Shown: positions 1 to 12,804, counted from the whole stretch's first letter. The stretch is 47,565 nucleotides of DNA, filler included, from Catajapyx aquilonaris (GCA_000934665.2; 2 parts of 2 records of this genome joined end to end with filler, not necessarily neighbours in it), one strand, 5' to 3'. Notes: generated by a model from the sequence alone, not told the origin. Translations and numbers: made by a program.

Positions 1-24
1 ATCATCTTTTGAATAACATACTTT

Positions 25-218
25 AATCATTTGCCTGTAATGTGATGGATTTTGATTGCGGGAGGAAACGGGAGAACCCCGAGAAAACCCACGCGAACAC
101 GGAGAGAACCCATCGAAACTCTATCCACATAAGTATCCTCCGTCCAACCCGGGGATCGAACTCGGGACCTTAGAGGTGGAAGGCTGCGGCGCTAACCACT
201 CGGCCACCGTGTCGCCCC
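25..218 (-). mobile_element. tRNA-derived SINE family A (V-domain-like core)
   Basis: Minus strand A box TGGCCGAGTGG and B box GTTCGATCC, then GTGGGTTTTCTCGGGGTTCTCCCGTTTCCTCCC. A second copy lies at about 11600-11795. Confidence 0.75.
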
Positions 219-619
219 TGCTTCCTTATAGAATTCTGTGCTTAATAAAGCCAAACTTCTCTAACTCGAATCTTCTATAACTCGAAGTTTTTTTCCGGTC
301 CCATGGATATTCGACTTACAGAAGTTTTACTGTATATGGTAAAAATATTAATAGATACTTGCATGAAGATGCTTAACCAAGGAACCGCTTACACCATGTG
401 GGTTTGTTCCCATGAGCAGTAGTAGTTCCTGAATTAATTTCAATTTACTATATTTATGTTGAACTTGGTGCCAGTCAACATATGCATAAGTGATTGAGAT
501 TGGAGGAATAATTATAAGTAACCCTTGGGAGTTCATTAGTAAATACAGTCGCCATAAGTTGGGTCGTTCATCAGCTGGGGAATTCCTATATGCTCAATAT
601 TCCAACAAGTCTTATCTAC

Positions 620-1000
620 CTGGTTGACATTAGGGTGGCAGAAGTGCCTGAAGGTATTCCAAAAGGCTCTCTCCCACCCTTTGGGTGCAAGGTTTATTCA
701 AGTGTGTTCAAGTGTGACCTTGTATTGCACTTTTTCGGCAAGGCCAATCAACTCCCCTCATACAAAGGTAAAAACATCCCTGTTTGGCACCATCCTAGAC
801 TACAGGCTTACGCAACACAAACCCATTCCAAGGTTGTGTAGGATTCTGAATGCATTCCCATTTCTCATGACTAAATTGGCATGTTGCCTGGATTGGCATG
901 TGCTGTACGCTTCACTCAAAATTACCGCCTGAAACTGTGAGACAGTAGTGCCCACTCTGCACTCATGCTGGCAGAGTCCATCTTGCATAAAAGGTTCTTA
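620..1000 (+). pseudogene. Possible highly decayed LINE reverse-transcriptase fragment
   Basis: LFGTILDYRLT resembles the YLG..LD.RLT motif of non-LTR retrotransposons; similarity is otherwise weak. Confidence 0.3.
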
Positions 1001-2571
1001 AGATGACCCCTAGGTATTGTGCAACCCAGAGAGATACTCCATAATTTCATGACCTGAGAATATCCTAAATATGAGGACAGGTGTCTACAATATATTGCAT
1101 TTTGATGCACTTTCTATGCCTTTTCACATGACCCCTTCATGACAACCAAATGGTGACACATGATCTAGTTAAAGCGATTATGATGTGATTCATACACTAA
1201 GTTTATGAGGCAATACAATTTACAAAATATGCAGTATGATACTAGAATACTTCAAGAATTCACTTGCAATGTCAAATAGGAACATTTTAAAATCAGGCGA
1301 CATCTATCAGTATCACTCCTTGAAATTTATTTATTGATATTACAATATGATGCATTTCTGTGATTCTTTGGACCACATTTGAGAACATGCAACAACATTT
1401 GCAATGGTCAGAAAAAACCCAAATCTGCAATGTGCAGTGACATCTGGAGTTGCTACTCCACCTCGATAATGCTATTATAGCTAGACTGGGCACTCTGACA
1501 TCCCACGCAATAACCATGCAACTCGAGATACATAAGTACTGTGGAAACCCAGTATCTGGAAGAGCTTTCCTTGCCAAGTTATTAGTGAATGAGAACCTGC
1601 AATCTTAGTTTCATAAAACTCACGATTCTTGCTATCAGCCACACACAGATACAGGCTTGGGACATCAGAGCTATGTACAGTAGACTTTTTTTTTTTTTGT
1701 GCTACACCATGATAGGGTCTTGGGCCCTTTTAGGTGGGGGGAAGTGGCGGTTCCCAAGGGAGGGCGCTCTTAAATAGTTTCTAGTCATTTCAGATCTTCT
1801 TAAATACCAGACCCTTTTTCCTGGTCATGGGTAGAGAAGGGAGTGCAATTCTGCCCAGACATGTTGGATGAAAAGCAGAAAAAGACCCGACAGGATTTGA
1901 ACCCCAGGTGTACAGTAAACTTATGGAGATTAATGAGCAACTCTTGACCTAACTGCACATCGCATATGCAGGCTTTTTTTTCCCTGACCATGGCAGTCAT
2001 TCTTGGTTGTTATGCAGCTTCCCATTTTATACATTTTATGTTAAAAGAGAATGTCAATGTTTAAAATTCCTGGAGCAGACTCACCAATTCAATCTAAAAG
2101 GTCATATCTGGCTTTAATTCCCCCTATGTGCCATTATTTTGTCTCTCTTCATTACCACTGCTGCACGTGTGATTTTCTCCGTTTATTTTTAAGCCGGTTT
2201 GGCGCCAAATCAAAAAAGCTGTGGATGTAATGACCTCTTTCGACTGTTTTTTTAAATGAAACAGTTGCATCTGGACTAAGGCCCAGCAACTTGTAACTTT
2301 ATTCATGTCCTGTTGAAGTTGCAACTCATCTGGTTTGTGAAAGGAGGTGAGTAGTGTCTTGGAAAAGAAATCAGTTTTTTTCCCCCACCCCTTCGAGTGA
2401 TTATTGGTCCATCTGTATACCACAGAATGTGACATCGATAGAGCTTCAAAAGAGAGTCAAGTTCATTTGAGGGGGGTGGTGGATAAAGGTGACAACCCTC
2501 ATTTTTGTCATTTTTATTATTACATGCTTTACATTAGCTTCACAGCCACGGTTGTGTGAGAGAGTTGCAGC

Positions 2572-2810
2572 GAGTTCGCAATTCCTACACCATCTAGGAG
2601 GAGGGAGTCACGTTAGGGGGTGAGTTCGCAAACTTCCACACCATCTAGCGGTAATAGGGGTAGTAGTCACGTGAATGAGTCAGTTCGCAACCTCCACGCC
2701 AGATGGAGAAGTGACAGGCTGTTCGCCACATCCACACTAGAGGGCCGGAGTAGACACACGAGACTGTCACCTTAAATGGCGCGACTACTCGCCATTCCTA
2801 CATCATCCAC
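2572..2810 (+). repeat. Short degenerate repeat-spacer array (4-5 units)
   Basis: Units GAGTTCGCAA.TTCCACACCATCTAG start at about 2572, 2622, 2681, 2719 and, weakly, 2787, with variable spacers. Confidence 0.65.
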
Positions 2811-3193
2811 CACCGAAATACCGTCACTTTCCCATCATATCACCAGACAGTTACACCCGGTTACACCTCAAACTGCGCCATTTCTGTCTAAACTCTAGCG
2901 CGCCCAGTTCAAAAACCCGCAGATCGTCATATGACGACCGTAGGCCTCAAAGGGTTAATTTGCTAGGCATTGTTGCATAAGGGCATTTCCATGGGATTGC
3001 GAACTTGGAAAAAGAGAAATTGTTGATATTGTTATTGATTTTGATACATGTTAATATTGTTAAGTTGGATATTGTTGAAGACAAAGGAGTGAGAAGATTC
3101 GGTAATATGCGCGTTGTGGGAGTTAGGCTCATTTTCGGAGCTGAAATATGCGGCATTAAATTTCTCGAAAAAAGTAACCCCTGATGGGCTAGT

Positions 3194-3646
3194 AATAATA
3201 TAATTAATTAATAAATAATAATAACTGGGGTAGTGCTTTCACCCCCAACTGGGGGTATATCACACGTTCCTTTATTTTTGTTATTATTATTTTTTTTACA
3301 GTAGCTGGTGCAGGGACAAGGTAAGGATAGGAAGGGGGGACACTGGTGCATGTGCAATCTCTCATGTTGGGGGTCGTGTGCAGTCCCCCAGGGGGGTCCG
3401 TTCGCCATAGATGGCCCCCCTAGATGCGGGTCAGAAACCCCCGACTGACCCGCATCTCCTCCAGGACAGGGAAAGGAGGGAAACGGCTGTGGCCTATAAT
3501 ACGGTACGATCCCGGAAATTATTCCTGGAGTGACCTTGGGAAACCACAGAAAACCAAGGTCAGGATCGCCGGCCTCCGGGATTCGAACCCAGGACCTCCC
3601 GATTAGCAGTCGGACACCATATCCACTACACCACTACTGCTTCGGT
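3194..3646 (-). mobile_element. tRNA-derived SINE family C (long-tail copy)
   Basis: tRNA-like head with B box GGTTCGAATCC, (TTA)n-like tail, and 15-bp TSD CCCTGATGGGCTAGT (3179-3193 / 3647-3661). Confidence 0.85.
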
Positions 3647-3664
3647 CCCTGATGGGCTAGTTAA

Positions 3665-4475
3665 CCCTTAACTTGCAACGTGGGGTTCTTTTCGGACCCC
3701 AGGGTATACTTATAATGTCACCACCCTGATGCATGTTTTTGTCAAAATGAAAATTCCCACACCTATATTCCTGAAATTTTCAGGAATATAGGTGCGGGAA
3801 TTTTCATTTTTAATATACTCTTTTACACCCAAAAAAAAATTATGAGCGACGAAAAAAAATTCCAAAGGAAGGTAACATCATTTAAACGTTCACAAGTCGT
3901 CTTGGAGTCCAAAAAGGACCCCACGTTGCAAGTTAGCAACCAGTTTTTTCCTACCCTAAATAGATTCATGATTCATGATGTAGCAAGCATAAAAAATCAC
4001 ACAGGTATTTTTAAAAATTATTCATGTATTGTACATGCAGTGAAACCTGTCCATAACGGACCCTGAGTACAACGGAAACGTGTCCATTGCGCAATTTTTC
4101 CTGGAACGGGCTTATGCACAGTACATGAATTCAGTGTCAAATGTAAAGGAAACCTGTCCATTAGGGAAAATGTTATGGCTCCATGCGATCTATACCCAGG
4201 TTTCACACCAACAGGAAGTCAAGCGTTAGTCAACCAGATCCAGTTTCAGTTCTGCCACATGATAAGGAGACTGCCATTACAGCTGCTCGGAATGTGGGAC
4301 ACGGGCAAACAGCGCCTCCTGAGTCAACCAAGGGTCAGAGGAGGTCAATTTTTTTAAAAATCTGTCACATATAGTCCAGGCCGAATTTAGGAAGCTATTA
4401 TATTTTGATGGTTTTGTTAATGCAAGTTTGTAATCGTAAAGTTACGCATGCCTAAATGAGGTTGCAAGTTAAGGG
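3665..4475. mobile_element. piggyBac-type MITE
   Basis: TTAA TSDs; TIR CCCTTAACTTGCAAC; internal hairpin at about 3750-3804; nested CAGTGAAACC-type fragment from about 4038. Confidence 0.8.
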
Positions 4476-6639
4476 TTAAAGGCGATGTAGGGGCATTTGC
4501 CTGGATTTCTATAGCGAACAAACACACCCACAAACGAAGTAAAATATTGATTAAGTAAAGCAAAACAATACTGCAGTAGCTGAATACCAAGGAAAGAAAG
4601 TAATGAATATTCTGTTTAGTTCAATGTAAAAGAGAACGCTGAAGATTCTGGAAGAAAATAGTTTCTACTTTTTAGTGCTATTTGAAATATAAAGTGCGTT
4701 CTTAAAAAGATAAATTTTTTATTCACCTAAACACCTAGCAACTTAAAAGACTTAAAAGACATGACAAACAGTTTGGTATACTCCAAGTTCACGTATCACA
4801 CACGAGACGGCCACACGGACTAGATCAAAACCCGCATTCCCTATGATTTGTGAAGGGAGTGCAAACTTAAATTCTCTCTCTTGAAAAATTACACTTTTGT
4901 GGGTTATCACCTTTTTCCACCACACCCCTCATTTCTGTAACTGCTTTCATTTTCAAATGAAAAGGCTGGAACACTTTGATCAAAAATGGGGCCTGGGGGG
5001 GGGGGGGGGGNTTTGTGATTTTTTTGTCATCTGCATACCTCCACAAAATAATGTACATTGACAAGAGCTTCAAAAGTCGGTAAAAAATCATCTGTAACAT
5101 TTCCAGTTTTCGAATAAAAAAGACGCGAAATTTCAACCGCTTTTCCAAGGTGTTCCTGTTATTTTGCCAAACACCTGCACATGCTCTGGAGATAACTGAA
5201 TATCAAATATACCGAGGTTATCTGCACTGCATAATTTAAATTTGTTGTCAAAATTTTTATTTGGATGGGGACAAGGTGAGTCGACGCCAGGAAAGGAAAA
5301 CCTTTTGAAACAACTCTCAGGCCATAGAAATGTACACACTTTCAGGAGTGTTCAAGTAGGGAGGAGTGGGGCAGGGTCAATCAAACAAATCAATAGCATT
5401 TAAAAACTATTTGGATTCACAACCCCTCTCAAATGGAACCCCTGCACCATCCCTCTCATCAATTAATTTGTGCCACAGATGTTTTTTGGACCAATGAGTA
5501 ATTTTTTGTAACTCGAGAATTTCTTTCTTAAAGCAACTCATTAATAACTAAGACATACAAAGACTTGTATTGTGAACAGACTCTTTAGAAATACCATCAC
5601 TATTATTTGATAATGAAATAATTTATGCTTATTGCACTGATATTTTAATTTCTACAGTGTGGGGCAAACTGTACCAATGGGACGTAGTGCATATGGAACC
5701 ACATGATGCAAATAGGCAACAATATGTCAATCTGTAGCTTCTGGACCCATTTCTACATACAGTGTGTTCCAAGCATTGTGGTCTTCTTGGTTCTGGCAAA
5801 TTTTTCCCAAACTTGTAATTTTTGAGCAGCTTTTTTCACCCCCAACCCAGATGCCCAATTATTCCTAGATGTGGTCAAATATAACAGCTGCTACATCATT
5901 AGAGACCTCACTCTTCATGCATCAAGTTATACAAAAATAACAACTTTGGATTAAATTTGCAATGACAAGGACCCCATTACTTGGAACAACCCTTATAACC
6001 CACCCATAAAGCGAAGGAAGCCCATCAGTAATAGATCCCAGAATGTCATGTTATAATTTTTTATGAGAATCTTCCATTTCTGCAGTAAATTTACATTCAC
6101 TTGCTACTCACATGTGCACAATAAAAATTCACCAGAATTGATATTATAAATACCACAATGAAATGCATAATGAGCAGGGTTGGCTGGTTTAAATCAAGTG
6201 GTTTTTAAAAATAAACCATCATGGTTTTTTAATGAAAAGTAATCCCAATTACTGCTAAAATTTACTTATTTATGTTACTTCAAAATTAGCCAAATTACAT
6301 CAGTCAATAATCTATTTAAATACCTAATACCTAATTAGTAGGGTCAGGTGAGGTAAAATAGGTAGTTTTCATACTGATGTGAAAACGTAAACAGAAAAAT
6401 GGTTTCAACAAAATAGTGTTTAGTTATTTTATATTTTAATGTTTAAATCATTCATAAGGCTGTTGTAGGAATAGAAGATAGAATATTAGTGCTTTTTGAA
6501 CTCAAGTTAAAACTTTAGTTAATTAGTTTTAGTATTGTACAGTATTATACAGTGCCACTATTTTGTTATTTGTTTACCTATATTGTTACATTTAAGCAAC
6601 ATTTCTGTATGACATCTCTCCATTATAGTTCTCAAAATA

Positions 6640-7237
6640 TGAGGAAGAATGGAAAAGAAATTGGCAACTTTTTTATTTCTGAAGCTTCACTATTGGAACT
6701 GAAACTGGCATATACATATGAAAGGGCAAGTCTTCCTCTATTTTTAGACATAATCATCATCAGTCACCATACACTTTGGTGCACTTGTCCCAGCAGGACA
6801 CTAGCTTTTCCATGCCAATAAAGAGAAAAGAGTCAGGCTGGCTGGGAAACCATTGACTGAAGCCGTCTTTCACTTCCTCTATGTCGCTGAGGTCATAACA
6901 AGCCAGTGCTTATTAATGGTAGAAAGAGATGGCAGACCAAGGTCAAGACCATAATTTTGTACCACTGCAGAAGCACCTGGCCGGTCAGCACTTCAGCGAC
7001 AACGAGAAAGTGTAAGAGGCCATCCACCACTGCTTCCAAGTCAGTCCGACGCTTTTTTCTGCAGTGGCATGGGAAAAACTAGTGTCCCTCTGGGAAAAAT
7101 GCACCAAAGTGTATGGTGACTGTGTCTAAAAATAGAGAAACACCTGCCCTTTCATAATTATGTATATGTCAGTTTCAGTTTCAGTAGTGAAGCTTCGGAA
7201 ATAAACAAGTTATCAATTACTTTTTGATTCGCCTTCG
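6640..7237 (+). mobile_element. mariner deletion derivative with transposase C-terminal remnant
   Basis: TA flanks and ~90-bp imperfect TIRs. Degenerate PLQKHLAGQHFSDNEKV...KLVSLWEKC...GD at about 6960-7130 resembles the mariner C-terminus. Confidence 0.7.
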
Positions 7238-7595
7238 TAATACCCTATTTTGTGATTCAGCTTTCAATTGGCAGGATAATTCTAATTTTGAGCAAGATAC
7301 ATTTCCTTAACCCCACAATGTAGTTAATACCATCGCGATTAATAAATTTTGTATGAAGTGAAAAATGGCAGGCCTATATTCCTCAGACATACTTTCTTTG
7401 ATCCAATAAAACTTTGACATCGGTAGGAATTTTTTTTGCCGAGTTACCGATACTTTCATGCTGCTAGGCGTCCCTGGGGTCCAGATATACCACACGTCTT
7501 AGCCAATGCACATAATTTTTTAGAGACCACATCACAGCGAATCACAGCAAATTGTAGTTTATAAAGTGTGCATATGACAGTAATAAAAATATAAA

Positions 7596-8754
7596 CTAAG
7601 AAAACCCTCACTCCGCTCGCATTTTCCTAGGGCGCTGGCCTAGAAAACCGCTAGCTTCGGTCGCTCTTTTATAGGCCTGCGGCCTACAGTGTCCACCATA
7701 TTTTCAATCGCTTCGGACTTATTGCCAGTAATGATGCCAATCATATCCACACCCCCCACCCCCACCCGTTCCTCCGTGCAGTCACATATCCGTGATTCCC
7801 AATCTGCGACCAATCTGCAATCCCACCTTTGCATTGGCTGGGAAATATGCATTTGCCCATTCAACATACCCATACCTTTGCAATAAAAAAAACAACACAC
7901 ACACACACACAATTTATTATTGTCTGAACAGAAATTCACAACCTCTACCGCCTCTACTCGCATGCACTCGCACACATGTATCTAAATAATTTATATGCAC
8001 CCTTTCGGACCACGTTTTTCTAACTGCTCATAACTTCCCTTTATTATAAACAGCCAATGGAACTTGGCAGTGTCTGTATTAGATCAGTGGTTCCCAACCT
8101 GGGGGTCGCGAAGCCTTCTCCGTGGGGGTCGAGGGTGGCCGCGATTATTTTAATAAATTAAAAAATAACTGCAATTTAAAAAATAATATTAGATGATCAA
8201 AAACTGGTTTAATTCTTCCCGCCACTTTCTTTTGACATTCTCGGCCTATCCCCGGGTTCAGTGTTGAATATCGCAACTAAACCTGCTTACCAACTCTTCC
8301 CACTGGGGATGCCAGTGAGTAAGGACCTCATTTAAAAAAACGAAATTATTTTACTTTGTTCATAAACGTCCATGTAGTTATTGGCACCACTGATAAACAA
8401 CATCCCGACCTTGGCCAATATTCGATTCGGTTTGATTACGGCACATTCCATTTCCCCCTCCTCTCCCCCTCCCCTGTTGTGAGGTCACCGTGAAGACGTA
8501 GGTGGAGGATGATGGAAGGGTGGAGGGGTCTTCACGGGAGAGGAGAATGATGTGTCCTCATTGAAGTCCAGCAAGCGACTGTGGCGTTCTTCCACCCATT
8601 GCGCATGCTCGGAATGGGGCCAATTGGAGGCGTCATGGTAACAATGCGTTTATGTAATAATGAACGGGGACCAATGGGGAGGTGGCGGCAACAATACGGG
8701 GGCGGACCAATCAGAGGGCTCGGTCGTGCAATGCAAGCATTTTAATATTATAGA
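7596..8754 (-). mobile_element. Possible non-autonomous Helitron-like element
   Basis: The minus strand begins A|TCTATAATATTAAAATG at 8754; a GC-rich hairpin-like region and a CTTAG|T end lie near 7596; internal (CA)n. Confidence 0.4.
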
Positions 8755-9330
8755 TGATCAGTGATAATCGAAAAGGTTCTATCTTGCAACTTTTTTCACG
8801 AGGCACTTATGCACTTGTTGCTCTAAGCCCTCCAAAAACTGGAATTACGAGTTCCATGAGCCTCAAATTTACACATGTGGTACATGTGTCGAAAACTATC
8901 CTATATCTCAAGTGATTAGATGATATATCGACCAATAGTGTCCGAAGGGGATCGATCTGATCACATCAGGGGGATTTATGTTATAAGTCATTACTTACGG
9001 CATCGAGCTGGAAGGCTACGAAGCTGCGATAACGAAGTCTCAAGTCCCTTATGACTAAACTAATGGTCACAGGAGATCGATTTTTTTTACACATACAGAT
9101 GAGAATACAGGCCGAATTTAGCTGGGAAGAATGGCTTTAGTGCTATTTAGTCAATTTAAAAAAAAAAAAGAAAACCGACGTGAGGTCTTTATCTTTAAGG
9201 ACCCCAAGTCGTAGCGAATGCATGGCAGATTCACGTTGGTGGTTAGGGTTAAGCAAAAGTATAACTTATTATTTACATCACTATGAATTGATAATGGGTA
9301 TATGTAGATAAGAAGTCACAACTTGTTTAA

Positions 9331-9801
9331 CCCTTAACTCCGTAGGTGGGTGAAACACCTTTAACTACGTAGGTGGAGCCTGAGAGGCTCCAACGGTATA
9401 TTTCAATTTCCGCTTATCAACTAAATTGTTATATTGGACTTTTCACATACAGAAAGTGCAGTTCAGATCATTAGGCTTCCGAAAACGTCAAAATCACACG
9501 CTGAGTCAGCATATTCCGACAGGGAAAAATTCTTAATTAAAAGGTTACATCATGCTTGAGCCGCTCAGTCTTCACCTGCATAGGTAGAGCCAGTATAGAG
9601 TCCAGGAGCGACCTGTTCCTCGTTACGAATTTTTTTTAACCAACGAATAGGGACTAAAAATTTGTTTCTTTCCTTTTCATGCTTAGGAAGGTTTGTCTGA
9701 CAAAGTCACGGAAGGACAGGGGAAAATAAAATTCGACGAAAAAGTTACATGCGTTTAAATAGTGCTTGGAGCCTCTCAGGCTCCACCTACGTAGTTAAGG
9801 G
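9331..9801. mobile_element. piggyBac-type MITE with duplicated left terminus
   Basis: TTAA TSDs; TIR CCCTTAACTACGTAGGTGGAGCCTGAGAGGCTCCAA. Confidence 0.85.
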
Positions 9802-11001
9802 TTAAACCAATTTAAACAAAAAATTTGAAATTAAGTATGGTTTAAACCCCCCCCCCCCCCAAAACCGGTTTTTTTGGTGTTTTTAAACGGTTTTTTTTCC
9901 AACCCTGATAATTAGTAGCCATCAATCTCAACTCAATATTGCCCTTGTAATACTGCCCATCAGCTCTTGCCTCCAGGCTAGCCATATGCACACGACCTTC
10001 AGTGTGTGTAAGCTATACCACAAGCATTATTTCCCTTACATAATTCATTGTTGACTCACTCTCTACCCCTTAAATCGTATCTAATATTTCCCTAACGCAT
10101 GACACTGACAAAGCAGGGGAATGCATTCCAGGGAGAGATAACGCAATGAAATGCATAAACAGGACGGAAAAAAAAGAAAAAGAAAAAATAAGGGGGGGGG
10201 GGGAAGCTCGACTAGGCCTAGCCAGATTCGGTGCTGTGACCCATCTCGCTGGTAAGGTTAGTTCTCTACACATACACATACTTACATGATCCCTGAGCTA
10301 CCTTCCGCAAAAGGAGACCGGCCCTCAACATCATCCTGCTAGTAGTGTAGCCGGTGTAAAACCCAGGCTAGAGCAGGGAGGAGCTGACAAAAAACAGGTC
10401 CCAAAAAATAGACTGCGGGTGGATGTGAACGATGTGAACGAACAGGGTGGCAACCCTGCACTTCTAAAAGTGGAGGTTTCTAACGATAGGTCTTAATGCG
10501 GAGGGGGAAATATTTATTTTAAGATGTAGGATTATACTGAGAACTTAAATTTACTTACTTCACTTAAATCTCTCAGTGTTAAGATTATGACGTCATCAAC
10601 TTTCACCTTGTAGACCACGTTGTCGGCATGTGATTATTAATTTGAATTTATGTACGATAGATGACTCTGTAGATTAGTTACAGATTGTGGTTAATAATGA
10701 ACTCCCGAGATGGCAGGGGCAGGGGTATTGGTGACGTTTAATAAAGTTAAAGTCCACCTAAAATCAGGGATATATAATTTCTTTAGAAGTGCCTATGTGA
10801 AATATTGTTTTTTAAATGTATTTCATGTAAACAGTTTTATAATAGTTATGAACTATCTATAGTCCCGGCAGCTTTTTTTAATATGCTTAAATCATCTGGT
10901 GATGTCGTTATTTATATGTAGTAATCGTGGTATTTGAAAGTGCATGGGAGGCTGGACCAATTGTTGTCAGAGGGGGTTTGCTGTATGAGTGAGTGGAGTG
11001 G

Positions 11002-11002
<1 letters not shown>

Positions 11003-11065
<63 letters not shown>
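11003..11065. repeat. (AAT)21 microsatellite
   Basis: Read directly from the sequence. Confidence 0.95.
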
Positions 11066-11066
<1 letters not shown>

Positions 11067-11276
11067 TAATGTTGCGTGTGTATTATAAAGGCTGGCTTTT
11101 AGCCAGGGTATTTCACCCGGCCTGCGTTTAATTACAGTCAAGTCAGTTTTTTGAAACATTACGAAAAGCCATGTGTAATGATGAGCAAGGAAAAGCCATG
11201 TGTAATGATGAGCAAGAAAATGCACTCGTCAAAGCTAGATAAGACCCAGTAACACAAGGTTCAGTGAATGATCATG

Positions 11277-11514
11277 ATCACTCATTCACCGGAAAAGTGA
11301 CAATGTCTAAATAACCACTTTCGTATGTACACTGCATTGTGCCATTGTGAGGAGATCAAATGTGGCCATTTCTGTCAAAGTGAAAAACGACATTTTTAGT
11401 GTCTTTTTCACTTTGACAGAAACGGCCACATTTGATCTCCTCACAATGGCACAATGCAGTGTATATACGAAGGTGGTTATTTAGAGATTGTCACTTTCCT
11501 GGTGCATGAGCGAT
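11277..11514. repeat. ~238-bp near-perfect palindrome (unclassified MITE)
   Basis: Arms of about 115 bp pair across a loop of a few nt (CACTCATTCACCGGAAAAGTGACAAT... / ...ATTGTCACTTTCCTGGTGCATGAGCG). Confidence 0.75.
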
Positions 11515-11599
11515 GTGTCTCATTTCTTGATATTTATAATGGACACCCTGTGATAAGCCTCCATGGGCTTTTTAGGGGATCTTCTTTTAATTGGCCAAC

Positions 11600-11795
11600 T
11601 TTAATAATTGCCTGTGCAGTGATGGATTTATGATTATGGGAGGCAAAGGGAGAACCCTGAGAAAACCCACATGAACACGGAGAGAATCCATTGAAACTCC
11701 ATCCACATAAGTATCCTCTGTCCGATCCAGGAATCGAACTCAGGACCTTAGAGGTGGAAGGCTGTGGCGATACCACTACACCACCATGCCATCCC
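11600..11795 (-). mobile_element. tRNA-derived SINE family A, diverged copy
   Basis: Colinear similarity to 25-218. Confidence 0.7.
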
Positions 11796-12804
11796 ATTTC
11801 TTGATATTGGGCAGCATGGTGTTGTAAATGTCACGTTCAGAGGTGGTTCCGCAGGTCGGACAAAGGATTCTCGCGTGAAAAGAGTTTCAGGTGGTTACCT
11901 CCATATTTGTGTGGGTCTTCTGCCATTTCCTCCCACGGTCCAAAAATCTCTCTCCGCCCCTCTAACCCTCATACATGCCAGATAGACTTGGTTTCCTCTT
12001 TCTCCCTCCCTCCCCCCACACCCAACAACAACAACAAAATCTTGACACTCATAAACTTGATTGGTAAATTTTAATACATAGGGTATGGTATGAGTGCAGT
12101 ATGAAAGGTGCATACTTCCTCAGATTCCTTGAAGTGTCTGAAGGTGAAATGGCCTCTTGATTTTGTTGCTTTTGCCTCCATGACAGAGATACTTGCATGG
12201 TAATCGCACTTGAAAACACATGATGTCACTGCTGCTCTGTATCGGCTTGCTTTCTTGGGTGAGAGGAAAAGGGCAAGGACAAATGGCAAGAAGACCCACA
12301 CTGTACCATTTATTATCGACAACGAACACATAGAAACTCCATGCAATCTAGTGGTGGATTATTGAATTAATGGCAGACTGAGAAAATATTTTTCCATCAC
12401 TGTCTGGAATGGCCCTCTATGGTACCATTGTGAGCAAAAAGATATTAATCTCTTGTCACAGCAAGATTGAGAGTTCCCTGGCATGCTGGGAGATGTCAGT
12501 AACTGAACGCTACTGTACAGTAGGCCTACCCAAAGTCACACCTGAAAATCAATCGTTATACGTCATAGTTGCCTCCTCATTCCTATGCATAGGATTGACT
12601 TCATGCATGTAAAAAGAATAACGTCAAATGATAATCAAAGTAATCAAAAAAGGAAGTTTAACACCACTTTTTCAGGAATGAAAGAAAACCACCTACAGTG
12701 AAATTGTGACACATTTCATTTGTATGTCCTGTACCTTGACTCCTGTTATTTCAAGTCTCTTGGCATTTAATAAGCATAAGCCAGTCAAATATGGTGTCTT
12801 AGGT

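Larger units (their letters stand above)
6175..9907. mobile_element. hAT-type non-autonomous element expanded by nested insertions
   Basis: TIR CAGGGTTGG / CCAACCCTG; 8-bp TSD ATAATGAG / ATAATTAG; subterminal GGTTT/AAACC repeats at both ends. Confidence 0.7.

Noticed and set aside
2572..2810. CRISPR array
   Set aside because: Repeats are degenerate, spacers vary in length, the context is eukaryotic and no cas genes are present. Kept only as a motif array.
3575..3646. tRNA genes (also about 150-218, 12807-12870, 20504-20570, 45530-45600)
   Set aside because: These are tRNA-like heads that continue into repeated SINE bodies with tails and TSDs; no complete cloverleaf plus terminator.
10908..11225. 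Poly-Tyr/poly-Asn ORFs (also poly-Asn/Leu at 37656-37931)
   Set aside because: Translations of trinucleotide microsatellites.
12071..12346. Possible minus-strand exon
   Set aside because: Splice-like ends are present, but no frame gives a recognisable protein and there are no partner exons.
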